DNA of 51,324 bases from Oligoflexales bacterium. Its GTDB lineage: Bacteria; Bdellovibrionota_B; Oligoflexia; Oligoflexales; Bog-1112. Below, one piece after another: positions 28,364 through 35,341 of the stretch. The notes beneath the pieces are model-generated. The model was not told the DNA's origin. It did not search any database and was given only the letters and a program-made list of their open reading frames with translations. Every line of letters begins with the position of its first letter. Within the stretch, counting starts at the first letter, position 1. The translations under genes were made by a program, and so were the position numbers. The stretch lies in the NCBI GenBank assembly GCA_045105515.1, contig JBGCDR010000176.1:1-51324 (forward strand), given 5' to 3'.

Positions 28364-29071
28364 ATGCTTAGCTTTGACAATAATCAGGAAGGTATAGAAA
28401 AAAAAATGGCAATTGTAAAGCAAGTCATCCTTGGATCAGGTTCAGTTTTTAGAAAACAGTTGCTTGCGAGTACTGGACTTAGTTTTATTTCCAAATCCTC
28501 GCCAATTGATGAAAAAACTATTAAAAATCCTGACCCAAAAAGACTCGCTGAGGAAAGAGGAATTGCAAAAGCCGTTGCTCTTTGTCCTTACTATCCAGAC
28601 TCGCTAATCATAGGGGCCGATCAAACCCTTTCACTCAAGGGAAAACTTTTTGAAAAAGTAACGAATCGCGCCGAAGCGAAACAATGCCTCCTCAATTTAT
28701 CTGCTCAGACTTATTACCTGCATACGGGATTCTGTCTGGCTTTCCAAGAAAGCTCAGAAAATACCACATACATTCTTCATAAAGAATTGATAGACACTCC
28801 CCTTGAATTAAGAAGCCTATCGGAGGCTGAAATTGAAGCTTACCTGGATACTGAAGAATGGCAAGATGTGGTTGGATGCAGCCGAATTGAAAGTATCGGA
28901 ATTCACTTACACACATCAACCTACCCCTTGAACACCCAAACCATCATAGGTTTACCACTCATCCCCCTACTTTCTGCTTTTAGGAAGCTAGGTATTAACA
29001 CCCTCATCAGTCCCTCTCCCCCATGGAAGTTAAATTTAGCCAATGAACAGCTAGAAGTTCACACTAAATGA
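28364..29071 (+). CDS. Maf family nucleotide pyrophosphatase, YceF-like (m7GTP pyrophosphatase signature)
   Basis: ILGSGSVFRKQLL, IDE, GADQ, RIES and IIGLPL. Aromatic residue before R, DQ and E are YceF-type rather than YhdE-type. Confidence 0.85.
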   Translation: MLSFDNNQEGIEKKMAIVKQVILGSGSVFRKQLLASTGLSFISKSSPIDEKTIKNPDPKRLAEERGIAKAVALCPYYPDSLIIGADQTLSLKGKLFEKVTNRAEAKQCLLNLSAQTYYLHTGFCLAFQESSENTTYILHKELIDTPLELRSLSEAEIEAYLDTEEWQDVVGCSRIESIGIHLHTSTYPLNTQTIIGLPLIPLLSAFRKLGINTLISPSPPWKLNLANEQLEVHTK

Positions 29072-29110
29072 GCCCCGAATAAGAGTTAGTCATTGAGTAG
29101 AACAAGCCTC

Positions 29111-29136
29111 ATGAATGCATGCAAGCATTCGTTTTT
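29111..29136 (+). terminator. Probable intrinsic terminator downstream of the Maf gene
   Basis: ATGAATGC-atgcaa-GCATTCGT hairpin followed by a T run. Confidence 0.45.
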
Positions 29137-29302
29137 AGAGAGAAAATCATCCCTCAACAGCCATTTAAAAATCCAAGTGATTCACTAAATTTTGACCTCA
29201 TTTGGAAAAGCCTTTCAAAAAGCTTGCCCCCATTTTTCCCAATTATTTAAATGTATTATTGGTAAGGTGATAAAAAAGTAGATTAATTTTATAAAAAACA
29301 AA

Positions 29303-29331
29303 TTGTAAGCAAGTTATAAGCCAGTTAATGT
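29303..29331 (+). promoter_or_regulatory. Sigma70-like promoter upstream of the structured element
   Basis: TTGTAA-N17-TAATGT preceded by an A-rich UP-like tract. Confidence 0.35.
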
Positions 29332-29342
29332 AGCAATCATAT

Positions 29343-29553
29343 CACCTCACAAACTAGGGGTGTCGGTAAAAAAACAACTTTTTTCGACGCATAGCGTCTG
29401 TTTATTTTTAACGACCAACACTGAGGGCTTGCTAACACCACCGGACTTCAAGACCGTTAGCATATACAAGCCCAGGTCGGAGCCTTTCCTACGCTGAGGG
29501 GCTCACTCGCTCGCACACAGAGAGCGCTAGAAAATAGACTCGTCGAAAAGTTG
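29343..29553 (+). ncRNA. Candidate structured RNA (standalone ncRNA or long 5' leader), family unassigned
   Basis: Nested helices 29375-29389/29541-29553, 29412-16/29475-79, 29425-31/29467-73, 29430-36/29456-62, 29480-88/29496-504 and 29508-12/29522-26, plus hairpin 29343-62. G-U pairs favour the + strand. GC-enriched relative to its flanks. Confidence 0.55.
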
Positions 29554-29618
29554 GAAGCATCTGCTACTTAGACTGTGGATCGTTTGATTGTTGAATTAAA
29601 AAGTTGAAAGGAACCTTT

Positions 29619-30899
29619 ATGGTTGCTAAGCGAATCTTTCGCGGCCTTGCTGCCGTGTCAATCGTTTCCAATTTACTTACCTACCCACTGTACGCTCAGG
29701 AATTAAGGAGCTCGCAGAAAGAAGGGGAAACTGCATCGACAAACTCACTCCTAACTCACATCAGCGGTGGCGAGGGAAAGGTTTTACCAAGGAATGTAGC
29801 CCGGGCAAGGGTCGTCAACCGCATTTACTCTTCGGGCTCTGGCTTCGATAACAGGGGCCATAAACTTGAACTAGGCCTCGACCAAAAATTGGGAGTTAGA
29901 GCACTGGTTGCTGAGTACGGAATCACAGAAAAGCTTAGTTTTCGAATGCTGGCTCCCTTTGTTTACCAAAATCAACTCACAATGGACGAAGAAGCTTTTA
30001 AACGCTCTGCCACCTATCAGAATATCTATGCTCAAAAGGCAAATGAAGTAGCCCAAGTACTTTTAGGACGCATGTGCAACGATATGGAAAGCTGCAGAAA
30101 AATAATAGACAGCCGCGATCAAACAGCCCCTCAAGACTATCCCATCACTCTCGACACTGGCGAAAAAATTATCATACCAGCAGGCAGTATTATTGCTGAT
30201 GCCATCGAAGACAGTATCCTAAATGGAGTAAGAAGGCCCAAAGACGGTGCAACCGGTTTAGGAGACATGGAGTTTGGACTCCTTTATAACGCTTACCAGT
30301 CAAACTCCCTCTCTCTTTCAGCCGGCCTTGGGCTTAGAACAGCCACTGGCAAATTTAATCTGCCCGAAGGACAGCGCCCTATTGGTGAGGGACTTAATGA
30401 CCTAGGTGCACGCCTTAATCTCGACTACTGTCCAACCGAAGGTCTGTGGATTTCATTCCAAGAACAGCTGGAGATGGCTATCTCAAAGGCTAGATGGAAG
30501 CGCCCTAGTATGCTCGATAGCAGCAAGTATAATGAAGCCGATCCTTATGAAGGTGGAGATGGACTGCCCAACTCTCGTACTATTGAAAAAGTTGGGTTTA
30601 TGACAGCTACAATGCTAAAAGCAAATTATGGACTTGGTGCCCTAGACTCCTCGTTGAAGGCACTCGCAGTTAATGCAAGCTATGAATACAGACGTGATCG
30701 AGCTAAACGCATTGATAGAGTTGAAACCACTCCTCAGTCTAATATAGAAACTGCAAGCATAGGTGCCATAGTATCCGGCCTCCCCTACCGCATTCCCCTT
30801 GAATTTGAAGCAAACTATGTTACGCCAATCAAAGGAAAAAATGTAACTCTAGCAAGAAGTACGATTGAATCTGTAGTAAGGCTCTACACACGTTTCTAA
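29619..30899 (+). CDS. Outer-membrane beta-barrel protein (transporter-like, MetA-pathway/CoxB-like barrel) with a helical insertion
   Basis: AAAGGA RBS, signal peptide (LYA-Q), EYGITEKLS..L.APF and TGLGDMEFG..Y...GLGLRTATG motifs, terminal Phe (LYTRF). Confidence 0.65.
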   Translation: MVAKRIFRGLAAVSIVSNLLTYPLYAQELRSSQKEGETASTNSLLTHISGGEGKVLPRNVARARVVNRIYSSGSGFDNRGHKLELGLDQKLGVRALVAEYGITEKLSFRMLAPFVYQNQLTMDEEAFKRSATYQNIYAQKANEVAQVLLGRMCNDMESCRKIIDSRDQTAPQDYPITLDTGEKIIIPAGSIIADAIEDSILNGVRRPKDGATGLGDMEFGLLYNAYQSNSLSLSAGLGLRTATGKFNLPEGQRPIGEGLNDLGARLNLDYCPTEGLWISFQEQLEMAISKARWKRPSMLDSSKYNEADPYEGGDGLPNSRTIEKVGFMTATMLKANYGLGALDSSLKALAVNASYEYRRDRAKRIDRVETTPQSNIETASIGAIVSGLPYRIPLEFEANYVTPIKGKNVTLARSTIESVVRLYTRF

Positions 30900-30927
30900 A
30901 AAGTTTAATTTTATGGAGATTTTTCCT

Positions 30928-33144
30928 ATGAAATATTTAAATTATCTCAGAGTTATTTCATCTATTTTATTAAGCAGTATGATCTTTTCTAGTTGCGGCA
31001 AAGTGAAGGATGGAAAACTTGCTGCCCCGAAGGACACGAAAGACTCACACACAAAGTGGTTGCAGTTAAAGGATGCTTTAAAGCTTACTGAAAAACTTGA
31101 AGATCCAACTCGGTACCTAACCGATGAGTCCCTTCACCCAGAGTACGAAAAATTAATATTCGAGGCCGCAAAACGGTACAATCGAGATGCTTTTAAAACC
31201 CGGTGTGCATCTATTGAAGGAATTCGCCCACTCAATATTAAGCGTAACAAAAACATAGATATTTACCTCTTCGAATATAAACTGCAGAAAAATTTCGCTG
31301 GAGAAAAGGAAGACCAGACACGCAGTGCTTACCTTACAATTCCTAAAACTCAAGAAAATACTGATATAAAATTTCCACTTATGGTTTACTCTCATGGTGG
31401 AGACACCGGTGTTAGCTATACCAAAGAACTATCCAAGCTAGATAAACTTTTAGAAGAATATATTATATTGGCTCCAGCTTTCCCTGGAGAAACTCTATCA
31501 AGCGAAGAAGAACCAAATGATCCTAATGGCGAAATTTGGTTAGGTACAAAAGCTGTAGGCCTAAGCACACCTTGGGATAATGATGTGGATGACCTTTTAG
31601 GAGCCCATGATTGCCTTGCCAGAGATATTTACTTAAATTTAGAAAAACCCAAGTATCCTTCTGAAAAAACTCATTTGGTCCAAAAGTTAGCGAATGAAAT
31701 AAATGAAAATCAACAAACTAGTATCGAAGAAGTCCTTCAGGATATAAGAACTAAAACCAAGACTTACGGTGCTGATCACCTGCTCGGAGGTGTAGAAAAC
31801 TACCCACTAAGTGTCGTAATGGGTGCTTCTAGAGGGGGTTTAGTAGCTTCCTTGGCTGTGGCTAAGTCAGGTGCTATTTTATCCTCCGCATTGCAAGCAA
31901 ACAATAAAGGGAATAATAATGAAGGTGATAACTCTGATAACAGAATTACATTAATGGATTTTGTGACTTCTAAGGGAACATTAAGCAAGAAGTCCCTTGC
32001 GATGTTCCAGCATCTAGGCGAAAAATATGGTAGTGTACCACCTCTTTTCTCTGGCCTTGCAACCCTATCTGCACCAGCAACTGTTACCATCGGAAGCTTT
32101 CGCGTCATCTTGGAACAAATGGTAAAAGGCAATACAGACCTAACGGTTGCAAAACATCTTCCTGGGATTAGAAACCTTGGGCATATCTTTGACCGCTACC
32201 TTAAAACAGGGGATGTGGAGGAAGCAAAGTTTGAAATCGTTTTGAGAGATTTATCTTATGTTTCACCACTAATTATTGCGGCTCTAAAAGATTGGGGATA
32301 CCCAGCAAAAGGTGGATCCATGCTTTTTATTCACGGCAATAAAGACAAGGTAGTCCCCGTGGAGCAAACCCAAGCAGCATTTAATATTTTCCAAAATTTA
32401 AAGGAAAGCGAAAAAATACAAGCTATGACTGGTTCCGTAACTGGAATCAAGGTAATCAAACGCATCTTTGATTCACAGGAAAATCTTGATAATCAAATCA
32501 GATTCCACTTGGATGATGCTTTTGAAAATAGTCATAGTTATCATTATTCTCACTTACTTCAGGACCAAACCCTCAAGGCTGTAATGTCTAGCAAAAACTA
32601 CGACTCTGTTCCCAAGTTCATTTCAGATATTGATGATAAACTAAAAAACGACGCCATGTTCAGGTTTTTCTTACCACCGGAAAGCTTAAATAAATTTAAT
32701 GAAGTCAGAGACTTATATTTTTTAGCTGGAAATGCCGAGGGCATGCGCCAGCAAAAAGTAAAGGCATTACAAGCAAGTATGAAACATATTGTCCAAGCCA
32801 GCACATACCATTCTAGTAACTTTATAGAAATTGATGGTGAAGAACATGTGACCTTTACCGAGCAAGACATACCTGAAAAAGAACGAATCCTAGAGATGCT
32901 TTACCTTGCGAACGCTCTAAAAGCAAAAGAGTTTGCATTGCATCTTAAGTCAGAAGAACTCTTGCATTTAGCTGTCCTTTATCAAATTAGCAATGGCGGA
33001 TTTAAAAACGGAGAAACCACATTAGATACTGGCGCAGTTCCAAAAGTGGTTAAACTCAGCAGAAATAAGGGAGATTTCTTCAGCCTTAAAGAAGCCCATG
33101 GCCCTTATGATGTAGTTGAAGCCTGGGGCAAGATGCTTAAGTAG
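30928..33144 (+). CDS. Lipoprotein alpha/beta-hydrolase (esterase/peptidase-like)
   Basis: GGAG RBS; lipobox FSS-C; PLMVYSHGG; nucleophile elbow GASRGG; IHGNKDKVVP acid motif; later His candidates. Confidence 0.75.
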   Translation: MKYLNYLRVISSILLSSMIFSSCGKVKDGKLAAPKDTKDSHTKWLQLKDALKLTEKLEDPTRYLTDESLHPEYEKLIFEAAKRYNRDAFKTRCASIEGIRPLNIKRNKNIDIYLFEYKLQKNFAGEKEDQTRSAYLTIPKTQENTDIKFPLMVYSHGGDTGVSYTKELSKLDKLLEEYIILAPAFPGETLSSEEEPNDPNGEIWLGTKAVGLSTPWDNDVDDLLGAHDCLARDIYLNLEKPKYPSEKTHLVQKLANEINENQQTSIEEVLQDIRTKTKTYGADHLLGGVENYPLSVVMGASRGGLVASLAVAKSGAILSSALQANNKGNNNEGDNSDNRITLMDFVTSKGTLSKKSLAMFQHLGEKYGSVPPLFSGLATLSAPATVTIGSFRVILEQMVKGNTDLTVAKHLPGIRNLGHIFDRYLKTGDVEEAKFEIVLRDLSYVSPLIIAALKDWGYPAKGGSMLFIHGNKDKVVPVEQTQAAFNIFQNLKESEKIQAMTGSVTGIKVIKRIFDSQENLDNQIRFHLDDAFENSHSYHYSHLLQDQTLKAVMSSKNYDSVPKFISDIDDKLKNDAMFRFFLPPESLNKFNEVRDLYFLAGNAEGMRQQKVKALQASMKHIVQASTYHSSNFIEIDGEEHVTFTEQDIPEKERILEMLYLANALKAKEFALHLKSEELLHLAVLYQISNGGFKNGETTLDTGAVPKVVKLSRNKGDFFSLKEAHGPYDVVEAWGKMLK

Positions 33145-33283
33145 TAAAATCTACGAATAACCCGCTGGTCCCTGCTCCTTCCTCAGATCAAGCAATTGTT
33201 TTAAGCAGTATTTTTTATTTTTTTCCTATAACAAATACTTAGGCTTGTGACTCGTAAGCAGACTTACTTGTTGAACTATCTAC

Positions 33284-33310
33284 TAAAGAAAAATTTCCGT
33301 TCATCGATAA
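33284..33310 (+). promoter_or_regulatory. Sigma28 (FliA)-like promoter
   Basis: TAAA-N15-ATCGATAA about 70 nt upstream of the lipoprotein gene at 33380. Confidence 0.5.
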
Positions 33311-33379
33311 GGGATTGAGTGACCCTGGGCTCAAAAATTTTGGGCACCTATTATTTGGCGTTCGATACAGGAAAACCCT

Positions 33380-33841
33380 ATGTACTACAAAGCTGCTGCC
33401 CTATTGATATCTTTGCTTATGCTTAGTTGTAAGAGCACTAAGGATATTTCCTTTAAAAAAAAACAGATACTGAAAAAAAACTCTGACATGCGCAACAGAC
33501 TCATAACCATAAGTTCAGGTAGAATAGGGTGCCCTCCAGAGGTGATCCAGATCAAAGATTATTATGAACTCAACAGCTTTCACGAAGCCTGGACCGCTAT
33601 ATGCTTTAAGCGGATTTTCTATTGCTCATATAACAATGTATCACCAGCTTGTAGCGAAAGAATCAACTCTCCAGAAAAAGCTTCTAACCCGAGAGGCACA
33701 TCTAAGACTAAGGTTCCCCTAAGTCCTCTGGCTCCTCCTACACCAAAAGCTTCGCCAATTATAAGAAAAGCTCCTGAAAGCCCTGCCCCTCGGCCTGAGC
33801 TGCCAGAAACACAGCCCAGAATTAGGATTAATGACAAATAA
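33380..33841 (+). CDS. Small lipoprotein with a Cys-containing domain and Pro-rich tail
   Basis: Lipobox MLS-C; SSGRIGC...WTAIC....YC....C pattern; Pro-rich C-terminus. Confidence 0.7.
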   Translation: MYYKAAALLISLLMLSCKSTKDISFKKKQILKKNSDMRNRLITISSGRIGCPPEVIQIKDYYELNSFHEAWTAICFKRIFYCSYNNVSPACSERINSPEKASNPRGTSKTKVPLSPLAPPTPKASPIIRKAPESPAPRPELPETQPRIRINDK

Positions 33842-33873
33842 GAATGGGCTTCAAAAGCTTAAAACAAGATCTC

Positions 33874-35214
33874 TCAGATTAAAAATAAGCCACATAGGAT
33901 TAAAATAATAAGCAAAGGGCAAATAAATTTAATGTGGAAGCTCCACACCCTTGCAATTTTTGGGAAGCGAGGGCTGCCTAAAGTGAGTTCTTTAGCCGCT
34001 TCGTTGCTTCCCCATACCCAAGCAACAAAGACTGTTAAACCTAAGCCACCAAGTACCATTGCGAGACTCCCCCAAAAGAAGTCCATTATTTCATAAAATC
34101 CCGATATTTTAAGAGAGGGAATTGAAATTTGACTCAAAAAATGGTTAGCACCATGGGAAAGCGCAGATGGGATACTAATTAAGAAGGATGCAATTCCCAC
34201 AAGCCAAACCGCCTTTTTTCGTTTCAAACCGAAGGTTTCCATCAAAAAACTGCTAGGTATTTCTATCAAGGCAACGCATGTTGTCAAAGCTGCGAACGCC
34301 AATATTGCAAAAAACCCAAAGCCAAAGACACTCCCATAAGGAATCTTTAAAAAAATCTGAGGCATCACATTAAAGATCAAACCAATGCCTTGCTCGACGG
34401 GCTCACCAAAAGCAAATAGAGCTGGAAAAATTATCAAGCCTGAGAGCAAGGCAATTAAGGTATCAAATAATGCAATGTAAGCAGCAGAAGCCACCAGATT
34501 ATCATGCTTACGAGTATAGCTTCCATATGTAACAAGCACTGCCTCGCCAATGCATAAGGAAAAAAAAGCCTGGCAAAGGGCAAACAGGATAGCTTCAGGT
34601 CCTATCTTCGAAAAATCAGGAGATAAATAGTATTTAATTCCGGCACTCGCTCCATCTAAACTCAAAGATCTTATAGCCAAACCCACAAGTAAAAAAACAA
34701 GAAGTGGCATAAGAATCTTACTGAGCTTTTCAATTCCATGCTTTAGACCTTGCCCCACAATCAATATACTTATTAACTGAAACAAAGCAGTAGCTGGAAT
34801 ACAATACCAAGGTTCTGACGAAAATTCGTCAATAGGAATAGTCTGTCCACTTAGAATCTGGAAACTATATCCCAAGGTCCAACCAGCTACGACCACATAA
34901 TAACTCAAAATAAAAAAAGCAGTAGCAATACCAAGAAGCCCAAAGTATTTCCAGATCCCATTGGGGTTTATTGATGCAACAGCAGCCATAGGGTTTTTCC
35001 GGGCATGACGGCCTAGGGAAAACTCAATCAAAATCAAGGGAAGGCCTAGAATTAAAACACACAAAAGATAGATAAATACAAAGGCTGCTCCACCCCATTG
35101 AGCCGTAATATAAGGAAACCTCTGGATATTCCCTAGTCCTACGGCGGCTCCCGATGTAGCTAAAATAAAACCTAGTTTTGAACCCCAGTGGTCTCTTTGA
35201 TTTTTAGCAACCAT
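33874..35214 (-). CDS. Sodium-dependent transporter, NSS/SNF family (LeuT/MhsT-like amino-acid symporter)
   Basis: WGSKLGFILATSGAAVGLGNIQRFPY, QAFFSL and TYGSY motifs; about 11 TM segments. Confidence 0.93.
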   Translation of the reverse strand: MVAKNQRDHWGSKLGFILATSGAAVGLGNIQRFPYITAQWGGAAFVFIYLLCVLILGLPLILIEFSLGRHARKNPMAAVASINPNGIWKYFGLLGIATAFFILSYYVVVAGWTLGYSFQILSGQTIPIDEFSSEPWYCIPATALFQLISILIVGQGLKHGIEKLSKILMPLLVFLLVGLAIRSLSLDGASAGIKYYLSPDFSKIGPEAILFALCQAFFSLCIGEAVLVTYGSYTRKHDNLVASAAYIALFDTLIALLSGLIIFPALFAFGEPVEQGIGLIFNVMPQIFLKIPYGSVFGFGFFAILAFAALTTCVALIEIPSSFLMETFGLKRKKAVWLVGIASFLISIPSALSHGANHFLSQISIPSLKISGFYEIMDFFWGSLAMVLGGLGLTVFVAWVWGSNEAAKELTLGSPRFPKIARVWSFHIKFICPLLIILILCGLFLI

Positions 35215-35341
35215 TGTTCTGTCCTGCATTGTGATATCATATTTTTGCGCTTTAGCGACTAAACAGCGAATAATGCACTAAGTTGCATACAGGAACAAGA
35301 ATTGATTAATTTTTGAGCTTATCCTTAAAACTTTAAAAGAA

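Noticed and set aside
29351..29430. TPP riboswitch (ACTAGGGGTGTC...CTGAG resembles its 5' half)
   Set aside because: UGAGA reads UGAGG, the P2 3' strand and the ACCUGAU...GCGUAGGGAA half are missing on this strand, and no thiamine gene is recognisable downstream.
29375..29553. Lysine, cobalamin or SAM-I riboswitch, SRP RNA, tmRNA or RNase P
   Set aside because: Only isolated fragments match (GAGCGCTA, CTGAGGG, CAGGTC); the diagnostic cores are absent.
29375..29553. MITE bounded by terminal inverted repeats
   Set aside because: No target-site duplication or second copy in the window, and the interior is extensively self-paired, which fits an RNA fold better. Not fully excluded without the rest of the genome.
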